DNA of 64,000 nt from Vulcanimicrobiota bacterium (lineage in GTDB: Bacteria; Vulcanimicrobiota; Xenobia; Xenobiales; JADMJV01). The notes under the pieces were generated by a model. It made no database searches. It worked only from the letters and a program-made list of their open reading frames with translations, and was not told the origin of the DNA. Each line of letters begins with the position of its first letter. The first letter of the stretch is position 1. The DNA lies in NCBI GenBank assembly GCA_050250895.1, contig JBFWNU010000001.1, forward strand, positions 1,032,008 through 1,096,007. The letters run 5' to 3'. Below are positions 47,901-57,341 of the stretch, piece after piece. Both the position numbers and the translations under genes were made by a program.

Positions 47901-48842
47901 CTAGCCGTCGGATTCTTGGGCGCTTTCCAGAGTCTGGTAAAAGGCCAAGGTGGTGTGCTGTATCTTTTGGGTCGCTAACATCAAAGCCATCCAACCCTGG
48001 TTGAGGTGCTCAGGATCCCCGTCGCTGGCGAACAATTGCATTTCGGCGAGGGCCTCTAGAGCCTGATCGAGGCTCTCAACCACTTCGTCTGCCTCTTCCA
48101 CTAGATTAGGAATCGACTCCAGCAAATCCTGGTGAGAACGGACCTGATCGTGAATCTGTTGACTGGCCTGGTTGAACCGATCGTTGAAAAAGTCGATGTG
48201 TCGCTGCCAATCCTCGAGTGCAATCTCGTCGGCCGCGACTTTATCGCAAGCCTCGTACAGGTCGACGTACTCTTTGGGGACCATGATCAGGTCGGAAGTA
48301 CCGCTCGTGTTGGCGCTGGCCGCGGCCGCCACCATGGTCTTGGGCAAAGTGGCGTTGCACTTGATACAGGCAGACAGGTTAGGCGTGTTGAGATGGCCGC
48401 ACATCAGGCATTCGACCATCTGCTCGCGTTGCTGGTGCTCGAGAAAGGCCTGATTAGCCTCCACCAGATTGAAGGTAGCCTCTTTGCAGACCTCGATGCC
48501 GTGACGAACCGAGGCCACATCGGCCTTCTCCATCTCGACCAATCCACCGCGAAACTCTTCGTAGGCGTCGTCGGCCTTCTCGGCCAGACCCCGCAATTCG
48601 GGGGTGAGCTCGGAATTCTGATAGTGGGAGCGGTGCTCGGCCAGTGCTTGCTCGAGCCTGTCGAGGGTCTGATAGACCTCGTCGAGGAATTCTTCTTGTT
48701 CGACTTTCTTATCGAGAAATCTCCGGGCTGTGCGAATCAAGATATTGACGTTCGGAGCCGCGGTTTCATCAGGATAAGCGTCCTCCTCGCCAACCTCATC
48801 GTCTCCCCAAGCCGAGACGATATTATCTAAGAAATCAGCCAT
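47901..48842 (-). CDS. Helical hypothetical protein with a central zinc ribbon
   Basis: CLMC-x10-CIKC between two acidic helical halves. Confidence 0.75.
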   Translation of the reverse strand: MADFLDNIVSAWGDDEVGEEDAYPDETAAPNVNILIRTARRFLDKKVEQEEFLDEVYQTLDRLEQALAEHRSHYQNSELTPELRGLAEKADDAYEEFRGGLVEMEKADVASVRHGIEVCKEATFNLVEANQAFLEHQQREQMVECLMCGHLNTPNLSACIKCNATLPKTMVAAAASANTSGTSDLIMVPKEYVDLYEACDKVAADEIALEDWQRHIDFFNDRFNQASQQIHDQVRSHQDLLESIPNLVEEADEVVESLDQALEALAEMQLFASDGDPEHLNQGWMALMLATQKIQHTTLAFYQTLESAQESDG

Positions 48843-48885
48843 CCAAGCTTCCGCCTTTCCGCTGCCGACTTCGCGTCAAGGCAGG

Positions 48886-50565
48886 CTAATCCTCCGAGAG
48901 AAAGCCGATGAAAGCATCGAGAGGATCGGCCTGCTGCCGTTTCATCTCGAGAATCAGAGTGGTGCCGTGTTCGCCTGTGGTCAGGTGCAGCCGATCGACG
49001 AGTTCGAGCAAGATGGAATAGCCCATTCCCAGAGAGGGAGCGGTGGAGTAGCCGGCCGTCAACACGGCGCTGGGCAGGTGAGCAAAGTCGATGCCCGGAC
49101 CGTCGTCCTCGACCAGGACCCGCAGACAGTCGGCGTTGCCGCGAATCTCGACGGCGCCGCGGTCGGCGTGCTTGACCACGTTGCCCACGGCTTCGGTGGC
49201 GCACAGGGCCATGTCGGCCACCCGATCTTCATTTAGCCCCTCGGCCGCGAGGGCCGCCTCGACCAGATGTCGCACCCGAGGCACGTCGGCCAACTCGGTG
49301 ACCTCGTGGCGCCCCAGCAACTCGCCGGCTGCCTCCCACACCTCACGCAACTCGGAAGGCTCGCAAAGGGCCAGCTTGCCCTGGGTCACGGCGCACAAAG
49401 CATCGCGATAGAAGCGCCTTCTCTCGGCCTCGGCCTGTAATTGTTGCTCGACGTGGCGCAAATTCTCGATCACCGTCACCAACTGGCTGGCGATGGAGAT
49501 CAACAGGGACACCACTTCCCGAGAGAAGTTACCCTCTTCGTGAGAAGCAAACCAGAGACTGCCCATGACCTCGCTGCCCGAACGCAGCGAGACAGCCGCA
49601 AAGCCGTGCCAGCCTTCAGCGTGAAAAGGATGCCCGGCGGGGACCTCGCGCCACACCCGAGCCTTCTTTTTGCCCGGCATGGGGCGGCACTCTTCGCTCA
49701 AGGTGGTCAGCAGCTCACCACCTGGCTCGACCCCACGACAAGCAGCCAGCTGCTGGTCCAAGAAGATGCCGCCAGCCGAAAGGTCGAGTAGCTCCATGGT
49801 GTGGCGCACCACCGTCCGCAGGGTCTTCTCCAAGCCGTGACACTGGCTGATGGCCGAGGCGATAGAGTACAAAGCGAACAGCTCTCGCCCTCTCTCCAAC
49901 TGAGAATCCTCGCGCCCCACTCCTCGGAACACGATGGAAGAGCCCAGTTGCTTGCCTTCGGAGTCAAAGCGAGGATTGGCATCGACCTCGACCAGTTGAC
50001 CGCTTCGCAGGCGAATGGGAAAGGGCACGACCACGCCGGCCATGTGCTGATGGCGCAGGGTGCGCAAACGGAACAGGTCATCCGAGTCGACGGCTTGCTC
50101 GAGCTTGGCTCCCACCACCTGCTCGCCCAGGGCCTGACGAAAGGTGGCGTTGGCCCAGCGAATCGTATCCGAAGCATCCACCTCGACCACTCCGTCGGCC
50201 ACCCGATTGAGCAACTTGCGATAGCGGTCGTAAGGTTCGCCCCCGCGTTCGTTGAGCTCCCACCAGTTGCCGGTGCGCTCGAACAGGCGAAAAGCAAACT
50301 TGTGGGTGCCGAAACGAACCCGCCCATAATAGAACAGGTCTTGATAAGCGAACAACACGGCGATCTCCAGGCCCGCCTGCTCAGCCTGGGCCAGCAACGG
50401 GTTGTCGCCTTCGGCCACCAGCAAGACGTCGACCGTCCCCAGCGCAAAGCCATCCGATCCAGTGACCAGCTGATGATGTCCGCCCACCCCCTCGAACGCG
50501 GTAATCACCTCGGCCGCTCTAGTCCGGGAATCTACCAGCAGAGTGCTCAGACTCTCGAGAGACAT
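48886..50565 (-). CDS. PAS-GAF-HATPase (RsbW/SpoIIAB-type) signalling protein
   Basis: PAS (LLNRVADGVVEVD..WAN), GAF (ELFALYSIASAISQ), TEAVGNVVKHA, DDGPG, LGMG. Confidence 0.82.
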   Translation of the reverse strand: MSLESLSTLLVDSRTRAAEVITAFEGVGGHHQLVTGSDGFALGTVDVLLVAEGDNPLLAQAEQAGLEIAVLFAYQDLFYYGRVRFGTHKFAFRLFERTGNWWELNERGGEPYDRYRKLLNRVADGVVEVDASDTIRWANATFRQALGEQVVGAKLEQAVDSDDLFRLRTLRHQHMAGVVVPFPIRLRSGQLVEVDANPRFDSEGKQLGSSIVFRGVGREDSQLERGRELFALYSIASAISQCHGLEKTLRTVVRHTMELLDLSAGGIFLDQQLAACRGVEPGGELLTTLSEECRPMPGKKKARVWREVPAGHPFHAEGWHGFAAVSLRSGSEVMGSLWFASHEEGNFSREVVSLLISIASQLVTVIENLRHVEQQLQAEAERRRFYRDALCAVTQGKLALCEPSELREVWEAAGELLGRHEVTELADVPRVRHLVEAALAAEGLNEDRVADMALCATEAVGNVVKHADRGAVEIRGNADCLRVLVEDDGPGIDFAHLPSAVLTAGYSTAPSLGMGYSILLELVDRLHLTTGEHGTTLILEMKRQQADPLDAFIGFLSED

Positions 50566-50640
50566 TGAGCTAGCTTCGCAGCCGGCCCGATCCCTCCTCC
50601 ACAGGTCGTAGCCCGCTCCAGGTCGTAAACCTTCGGTAGC

Positions 50641-52014
50641 ATGTTTCCCAAGGATTTCCGGTGGGGTTCGGCGACGGCCGCCATCCAGATCGAGGGGGCC
50701 GCCTCGGCCGACCGCAAAGGACCCTCGGTTTGGGACACCTTCTGCCGAGTGCACCCCGAGCGTATCCATCAGCAAGCGACCCCCGAGATCGCCTGCGATC
50801 ACTATCACCGGTATGCCGACGATGTCCGCCTGATCGGGCAACTCGGTCACAATGCCTACCGATTCTCGATCAGCTGGCCGCGGGTGCTGCCCCAGGGTAG
50901 TGGCTGGGTCAACCCGGCCGGCCTCGACTTCTATGACAAACTGGTGGACGCTCTCTGCCAGACCGGTATCTCGCCCAACGCCACCCTCTATCACTGGGAT
51001 CTGCCCGAAGCCCTGGGCATCCTGGGGGGGTGGGAGAACCCCCGAACGGTAGACGCCTACCTGGAGTTTGCCGAGCTTTGCTTTGACCGCCTGGGCGACC
51101 GGGTCGACTACTGGTGCACCTTCAACGAGCCCGCCTGGAGTCTGCTCAACGGCTACATCACGGCCTTACACCCGCCCTGCCGCCATGATCCGGCGGCGGC
51201 GGTGCTGGCCTCGCACCACATCATGCTGGCCCACCACCTGGCCCACCACCTCTACACCGGCCCGGGCAAGGTCGGCATGGCCCTCAACCTCTCGCCGATC
51301 TATCCGGCCACCGACCAGAGCGACGATATTAAAGCGGCTCGCATCGCCGACGGCGTGCTCAACCGCTGGTTCCTGGAAGCGCTGGTCGAGGGGCGCTACC
51401 CCGACGAGGTGGTGGCCCACTACGACCGACGCGGCATCCTGCCGGCCGGTTACGCCACTTTGTCAGGCTCGCGCCCAGGCTTTATCGGCGTCAACTACTA
51501 CTATCCTCACCACGCTGTGGCCCCTCCCCAGCACAACGAGTTTCACCTCAACAACGACGGCAATCCAAACGATAAGTGCCGCTTCTCGCTGGCCGGCTGC
51601 TTTGCTTTCGTGGCCAACAACCGGGGCCGATTCACCGACTGGAATTGGGAAATCCATCCCGAGTCGCTCGAGAAACTCTTGCTCGACCTGCACGAACGCT
51701 GGCCCGGACTCGAATTACTGGTGACCGAGAACGGCCTCGGCCTGCCCGATGAACCCGGCCCCAACGGGGTCGACGACCAACCCCGCATCGATTTCGTGAG
51801 CGAACACCTGCGCGCCATCGCGGGGGCCCTCAAAGCCGGGGTCAAAGTCGGCGGCTACTACATGTGGTCACTGATGGACAACTTCTCATGGATCAACGGC
51901 TACAAGAAGCGCTACGGCTTTCTCTATGTAGACCGCGAGACCATGCAGCGCACCCCCAAAAAGAGCGCCGACTGGTATCGGCGCCTCATTCAAGAGAACC
52001 GCCTGCCGGGCTAG
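50641..52014 (+). CDS. Glycoside hydrolase family 1 (beta-glucosidase)
   Basis: FRWGSATAAIQIEG, YRFSISWPR, TFNEP, VTENG, WSLMDNFSW. Confidence 0.96.
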   Translation: MFPKDFRWGSATAAIQIEGAASADRKGPSVWDTFCRVHPERIHQQATPEIACDHYHRYADDVRLIGQLGHNAYRFSISWPRVLPQGSGWVNPAGLDFYDKLVDALCQTGISPNATLYHWDLPEALGILGGWENPRTVDAYLEFAELCFDRLGDRVDYWCTFNEPAWSLLNGYITALHPPCRHDPAAAVLASHHIMLAHHLAHHLYTGPGKVGMALNLSPIYPATDQSDDIKAARIADGVLNRWFLEALVEGRYPDEVVAHYDRRGILPAGYATLSGSRPGFIGVNYYYPHHAVAPPQHNEFHLNNDGNPNDKCRFSLAGCFAFVANNRGRFTDWNWEIHPESLEKLLLDLHERWPGLELLVTENGLGLPDEPGPNGVDDQPRIDFVSEHLRAIAGALKAGVKVGGYYMWSLMDNFSWINGYKKRYGFLYVDRETMQRTPKKSADWYRRLIQENRLPG

Positions 52015-52066
52015 AGCCCACGTTCACGAAAGATTCACAAGCTGTTTACGTCCCGGCAACAGTTTC

Positions 52067-52224
52067 GGGGCGTATCCATTCTTGAGCCGTCCTCGGGCGG
52101 CTATTCTTAGGGCACATAAAGCGGACACGACGACGACCCTCCTGCACAATCGAAGTCGTGTCCAGCCGCTAAGAGGAAATTGGCGTGGACTCTTACGGCG
52201 TTCATAGATGACCATACGGACCTC
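52067..52224 (+). ncRNA. ssrS: Probable 6S RNA
   Basis: ~160-nt rod: CGTAT/ATACG, GCCGT/ACGGC, central bubble, CTTAG/CTAAG, GGACACGAC/GTCGTGTCC; 6S-like CTTGAGCCG and GTTCA segments; followed by a hairpin. Confidence 0.75.
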
Positions 52225-52256
52225 AATGACCCGCGAACCCCGCGGGTCATTTACTT
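52225..52256 (+). terminator. Hairpin terminator after the putative 6S RNA
   Basis: AATGACCCGCG-AACCC-CGCGGGTCATT-TACTT. Confidence 0.7.
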
Positions 52257-52295
52257 ATGCGCAGGGGAGTGACTCCACGCGTTGAAAAATTCTCA

Positions 52296-52853
52296 ATGCA
52301 AAAGTCACGCACCCGTCGCACCCGCAAGGTGGTCGCTCCAGAACCCCCAAATCTGGCCATCCCCCCTCAGGCGACTTTCGTAGCTATCGACTTCGAAACG
52401 GCTGACTACACCCGCGACAGCGCTTGTTCCGTGGCCCTGGTGCGAGTGGAGCAGGGGCGGGTCGTGGACCGAGTCCACACTTTGCTCAGGCCCCCCGGGG
52501 GACGAGTGCGCAACACCCACATCCACGGAATCACCTGGGCCCAGGTGCGCAATGCCCCAACTTTTGGTCAGGTGTGGCCTCATCTAGCTCGACGCCTGGT
52601 CGGGGCCGAATATCTAGCCGCCCACAACGCCCCCTTTGACCGCTCGGTTCTGGCGGCCTGCTGTCGCCGCGCGGGCTTAAGTCTGCCGGCCCAGCCCTTC
52701 GTGTGCACCCTCGCCTTAGCACGCCAACAGTGGGGCAAACCGGCCAGCCTCGACGCGGTCTCGCAGCGACTGGGTATCCCCCTTCAGCATCATCAGGCCC
52801 TATCTGACGCCGAAGCTTGCGCCCGGATCCTGATTCATCTGGCCGCCGCCTGA
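52296..52853 (+). CDS. DEDDh 3'-5' exonuclease (DnaQ-like)
   Basis: AIDFETA, AHNAPFD, HQALSDA. Confidence 0.92.
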   Translation: MQKSRTRRTRKVVAPEPPNLAIPPQATFVAIDFETADYTRDSACSVALVRVEQGRVVDRVHTLLRPPGGRVRNTHIHGITWAQVRNAPTFGQVWPHLARRLVGAEYLAAHNAPFDRSVLAACCRRAGLSLPAQPFVCTLALARQQWGKPASLDAVSQRLGIPLQHHQALSDAEACARILIHLAAA

Positions 52854-52864
52854 ACGTCAGAAAG

Positions 52865-52891
52865 TGTCACACCCCCGGCCCGGTCTTCGTC
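52865..52891 (+). promoter_or_regulatory. ECF-type promoter (ECF41-like)
   Basis: Exact TGTCACA-N16-CGTC. Confidence 0.6.
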
Positions 52892-52932
52892 CTACAATAG
52901 GACTAAGATACTAGGGAAGACACCAACCAACC

Positions 52933-53052
52933 ATGACTATCGATCCACCAAATCCCAACCCCTATCAACAAGCCCAGATTCGACTGGCCGCCACCTTACC
53001 CCCCATGACCGAAGTCGACCTGGCCATCATCAAGGCCAGCCTGGGCGGCTGA
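52933..53052 (+). CDS. 39-aa small protein MTIDPPNPNPYQQAQIRLAATLPPMTEVDLAIIKASLGG
   Basis: ATG to TGA fills the intergenic gap behind the ECF-like promoter; AGGGAAG upstream; typical GC3 in its 3' half. Confidence 0.5.
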   Translation: MTIDPPNPNPYQQAQIRLAATLPPMTEVDLAIIKASLGG

Positions 53053-53124
53053 CCGGACGCCTGTTCTGAAGGATATTCAATCTCGAGTGATTAATTCTCA
53101 AGGAGGACGAATCGGGACACCTCC

Positions 53125-56100
53125 TTGTACCTCAAGCGGCTTGAACTATACGGTTTTAAGACATTCTCGCGAAAAACCGAGATCGAATTTCCGCACGGCT
53201 TTCTGGCCGTGGTCGGACCTAACGGGTCCGGCAAAAGCAATCTCACCGACGCCATCCGTTTCTGCCTGGGCGAGTCCAACGTCAAATTTCTGCGGGCTAC
53301 CCGACTCGAAGAACTGATCTTCGCTGGCACTCCTACCCGCAACCCCTGTCCTTACGCCGAAGTAACGGCTGTTTTCGACAACAGCGACCAGAAGTTGCCG
53401 GTGGAACTGTCCGAGGTGGCCATCACCCGCCGCCTTGATCGCGACGGCGGCTCGCGTTTTGCCATCAATCGGACCAACTGTCGCCTCAAGGACGTGCACG
53501 AGTTGCTGATGGGTAGCGGTATCGGTCCCGGCTCCTTCTCGGTCCTGGGCGGCAAAGAGGTGGACCGCGTCCTGTCCTCAGACCCCAAAGACCGCCGCCT
53601 GATGCTCGAAGAGACGGCCGGCGTCAATCGCTACAAGTTTCGCAAAAAAGAAGCCAAACGCCGCCTCGAGAAGACCGAAGACAACCTGACCCGCTTGCGC
53701 GACATTCTCAAAGAGGTCGAAGACCAGCTCGTCGAGAGCCAGAAGCAGCTACAACGCTATGAGCGCTACAAAAAGAGCCAGGACGAGCTCAAGACCCTCG
53801 ATCGCCGGGTCGCCCAGCACGAACTCGACGAGATGGGTTGCCAGCGCACCGAACTCGAGAACCGGCTGGCGGAGATGGCCACCCAGCGGGACCAGGCTCA
53901 GGTAGCCGAAGTTCAACAACGCCAGAGTCTCGAGCGACTCCGGCTTCGGAAACACGAACTCGACCTGGAAAAAGAAAACCGGGCCAACGAAATCGCCGGC
54001 CTGCGCGAACAGGCGGGCGCGACCCGGGCCGCTCACGAGGGCATCTTCCGGCGAGCCAGCGAACTCGAACACAGCGCCCGGGCGGCCCAGGCCCGACTGG
54101 GTAGCAGCGGCCAGCGCATCGAGGCCCAAGACCAGCGTCTGCAAGAGCTGCGCGAGCGTCGCCCCGACCTTGAACAACAGGTTGAACGAGCTCGCCTCGA
54201 GGTCGAGCGCCTACTCGAGCAACTGCAGCAATTGCCTGCCCCCGACCAGGGTCCCAATGCCGAGATCCGGGTCAAGCTCTCCCAGCTCGAGCGCCAGAAG
54301 AACGCGCTGGTAGCCGCCGTCTCGCAGCTGCAGGCCAGGCTCGAGAGCGACCAGGCCCGACTCGAAGAGATCGAACTCCAGTGGAGCCAGCTCGACAACG
54401 AGCTGGGCCAACTGTTACCCGGCGAGCTACCCATCGAAGCCGCCCGCCAGGCCTTGACCGAGGCCGAAGCCGAAGTGCAGAAGGCCCGGGCCCAGCAGAC
54501 CGCCTGGCAAGAAGAGCGCCGCAGCCTGGCGGGTCAGCGTCAAGAACTCGAGCGCAAGCGGCGTCCAGCCGTAAGTCGGGTGGCCGAACTGGAAGCCCTG
54601 CTTGAAGACCGAAGTGGGCTACCTCCGGCGGTGCGCCAGGTGATGGCCTGGAAAGTCGATGGCACGGTCGGTCTGTTGGGTGAACTCGTGCGAGTGCCCG
54701 AGGGGCTCGAACAAGCCTATGAGGCCGCTCTGGGCGGCCATATCAACGATATCGTCACCCGCGACCGGCGGGTGGCTTCGGACCTGATCGAACGCCTCAA
54801 GCAAGAGCGCATCGGCCGGGTCACCTTCTGGCCGCTCGACCTGTCCCGGCGCCCGGGCAAGCCACCCGAACTGCCCGACCGGCGTGGGGTGGTCGGCCGG
54901 GCTCTCGAACTGCTGGGCTATCCGCCCGAAATCGAGGTGGTGCTCAACGAAATTCTCGGCAAGACAGTCATCATGGAGAACCTGCCGGTGGCCCTGGCCC
55001 TCTATGACCGCTGTTTCGGACGGCGCCCCCATCTGGTCACCCGCGAAGGCGAGTATCTCAATCCTTCGGGCGCGCTGACCGGCGGTCGGCGGCGCCAATC
55101 GGGAGTGGGGGTGCTGGCCCGGCGCCGCATGCTCGAAGAGGCTCGCAGCGAACTGTTGACCCTCGACAACGGCCTGATCAGCCTATCCGAGAAAGAAGAG
55201 AAAGCCCAGGCTGCTCAGGCGGCCGCCTCCGAGAAACTCAACGGACTGCAAGAAGCGGTCCACCAGCGACGCCGCACCCTGGTCGAACTCGAGGCCGAAG
55301 AGAAACGCCGTCAGTCGGACCAGCAAAGGGTCGAGCAGCGCAAGCAGCGCCTGACGGAAGAGAAGGCCAAGCTGGTCGAGCGTGGGCAGAACGCCCGTCT
55401 CGAACTCGATAAGCACGCCCAGACCCAGTCCGAAACCGAAACCGAGCAAGCGCGCCTGCAGTCCGAGTTCGAACGCAACCAGGAAGAAGAGAGTCGCCTC
55501 AATCGCCTGCGCGAGACCCTGCACCAACAACGAATGGAAGCCAAGCTCGAGTTCGAGCGTCGCCAGCAGCTTCTTCGCGATCTCGAGCGCGAATGCGAGC
55601 GCGAGGCCACCCGTCGCCAAGAATTGGTCAACGACCAGAAAGAGGCCGAAGCCGAGCACCAGCGCTGTCTTGAGGCCCGAGCCAAGCTCGAAATCGAGGG
55701 TCAAGAGCTACAGGGCAAATTGACCACCCTCGAGCAAGAACTGACCGCCAAGAACGCTGCCCTAGAAGAACTGCGTCGCTCGACCCAGACCCTCGACCGC
55801 CAGACCAGCGACGCCGCCGACGCCTACGAGCGAGCCGCTGCCGCCACCCAGAAATGGACCGGCAAGATCGCCAACCTGCAGGTCGACCTGGCTCGGGTGG
55901 TGGCCCACTATGAAGAGGCCGAGGCGCGCCTCGAACAATATGGCCCGGCCCCCGAGGGCGAAACCGCGCCCTTGACCGCCGAAGAACTGGAGAACGCGCG
56001 GGGTCGCATCAAGCGGCTCAAGAACTTCCTGGACAACTTCGGCGGAGTCAATCTGGGTGCCCGCGAAGACCATGAGCGGCTGACCGAGCGCCACCTGCAT

Positions 56101-56661
56101 CTCAAGACTCAGATCGACGATCTGACCGAGGGGGCGGCCAGCCTCAAGAAGATCATGGCCGAGCTGGATAAAGCCACGGTCAGCCAGTTTGAAAAGACTT
56201 TCCATGAAGTCAACAACACCTTTTCCCGCCTGTTTACCGACCTGTTCAGTGGTGGCCAGGCGCGCCTGGAGCTGTGCGACCCGGAAGACGTGCTCGAATC
56301 GGGGGTCGAAATCGTGGCCTGCCCGCCCGGTAAGCGGATGCAGAACATGACCTTGCTCTCGTCGGGCGAACGCGCTCTTACGGCTATCGCCTTCCTCATG
56401 TCGTTGCTGGCTTGCAAGCCCAGTCCGATCGTGATCCTCGACGAACTCGATGCGCCCCTCGACGAGCGCAACGTCGAAAAGGTGGCCACCCGATTGCTGG
56501 AGTTCTCGACCTCGTCGCAATTTCTGGTCATTACGCACAACCGCAAGACGATGGAATTTGCCGACCGACTCTATGGAGTGACCATGGTCGAACCCGGCAT
56601 CAGTAAGGTGCTGTCGGTGGAACTGGCCACCGTAGAACAAGAATTGGGAGCTTTGGGATGA
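53125..56661 (+). CDS. smc: Chromosome segregation protein SMC
   Basis: GFKTF, GPNGSGKSN, coiled coils, hinge (GRVTFWPL), LSSGE, ILDELDAPLD. Confidence 0.96.
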   Translation: MYLKRLELYGFKTFSRKTEIEFPHGFLAVVGPNGSGKSNLTDAIRFCLGESNVKFLRATRLEELIFAGTPTRNPCPYAEVTAVFDNSDQKLPVELSEVAITRRLDRDGGSRFAINRTNCRLKDVHELLMGSGIGPGSFSVLGGKEVDRVLSSDPKDRRLMLEETAGVNRYKFRKKEAKRRLEKTEDNLTRLRDILKEVEDQLVESQKQLQRYERYKKSQDELKTLDRRVAQHELDEMGCQRTELENRLAEMATQRDQAQVAEVQQRQSLERLRLRKHELDLEKENRANEIAGLREQAGATRAAHEGIFRRASELEHSARAAQARLGSSGQRIEAQDQRLQELRERRPDLEQQVERARLEVERLLEQLQQLPAPDQGPNAEIRVKLSQLERQKNALVAAVSQLQARLESDQARLEEIELQWSQLDNELGQLLPGELPIEAARQALTEAEAEVQKARAQQTAWQEERRSLAGQRQELERKRRPAVSRVAELEALLEDRSGLPPAVRQVMAWKVDGTVGLLGELVRVPEGLEQAYEAALGGHINDIVTRDRRVASDLIERLKQERIGRVTFWPLDLSRRPGKPPELPDRRGVVGRALELLGYPPEIEVVLNEILGKTVIMENLPVALALYDRCFGRRPHLVTREGEYLNPSGALTGGRRRQSGVGVLARRRMLEEARSELLTLDNGLISLSEKEEKAQAAQAAASEKLNGLQEAVHQRRRTLVELEAEEKRRQSDQQRVEQRKQRLTEEKAKLVERGQNARLELDKHAQTQSETETEQARLQSEFERNQEEESRLNRLRETLHQQRMEAKLEFERRQQLLRDLERECEREATRRQELVNDQKEAEAEHQRCLEARAKLEIEGQELQGKLTTLEQELTAKNAALEELRRSTQTLDRQTSDAADAYERAAAATQKWTGKIANLQVDLARVVAHYEEAEARLEQYGPAPEGETAPLTAEELENARGRIKRLKNFLDNFGGVNLGAREDHERLTERHLHLKTQIDDLTEGAASLKKIMAELDKATVSQFEKTFHEVNNTFSRLFTDLFSGGQARLELCDPEDVLESGVEIVACPPGKRMQNMTLLSSGERALTAIAFLMSLLACKPSPIVILDELDAPLDERNVEKVATRLLEFSTSSQFLVITHNRKTMEFADRLYGVTMVEPGISKVLSVELATVEQELGALG

Positions 56662-57341
56662 AACTGTTAGAAGTCTTGAAAGACGGGTTTCTGCTGATGG
56701 TCAGCTTGCCTCGCAACTGTCCCGAGCTGGCGCGGGCGGCGGTCGAGGCCGGGGCGGGCTGCATCAAGGTGCACCTCAACTGTCACCACTTCGCCAGCGA
56801 CACCCGTTTCGGCAGCTGGAGCGAAGAAAAAGCGGTCCTGCAAGAGATCCTGGCGGCGGTCGACGTGCCCGTGGGGGTGGTCACCGGCGAGAGCGTGCAG
56901 CCCGGTCCCGACGAGATGGCGGCCCTGGCTGGGGCGGGCTTCGACTTCTGGGATCTTTTTGCGAAGTTCGCCCCTCCTGACTATCTCAGGCTCCCCAGGT
57001 TGGGGAGCATGGTAGCCATCGACAGCAGCTGGACTCCGTCGCTCGTCAAGCAGCTGGGCCGACTGGGGGTGGGCGTGATCGAGTCTTCGATCATCCCCCG
57101 CAGCGAGTATCGCAGCCCGCTCAACCTGATCGACCTGTGCGCCTATGCCAACCTGGCGGAGGCCTCCCCCATGCCGATCCTGATTCCCACCCAGAAGGCA
57201 GTCTTGCCCCATCAGGTCCAGGATCTGGCCCGGATCGGAGCAGCCGGCATCACCATTGGAGCGGTCGTCACCGGGCTCGAAGCCGACGGCCTGAAAGCCG
57301 CCACCAGCGCCTTTCGACGGGCCATCGATGCCATCGCTTAG
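56658..57341 (+). CDS. TIM-barrel hypothetical protein (possible sugar-phosphate enzyme)
   Basis: LMVSLP, IKVHLN, IPTQK and ITIGAVVTG motifs; ATGA overlap with smc. Confidence 0.65.
   Translation: MKLLEVLKDGFLLMVSLPRNCPELARAAVEAGAGCIKVHLNCHHFASDTRFGSWSEEKAVLQEILAAVDVPVGVVTGESVQPGPDEMAALAGAGFDFWDLFAKFAPPDYLRLPRLGSMVAIDSSWTPSLVKQLGRLGVGVIESSIIPRSEYRSPLNLIDLCAYANLAEASPMPILIPTQKAVLPHQVQDLARIGAAGITIGAVVTGLEADGLKAATSAFRRAIDAIA

Noticed and set aside
50566-50994. N-terminal extension of the PAS-GAF-HATPase ORF
   Set aside because: Mostly antisense to the GH1 gene; ATG 50565 is the plausible start
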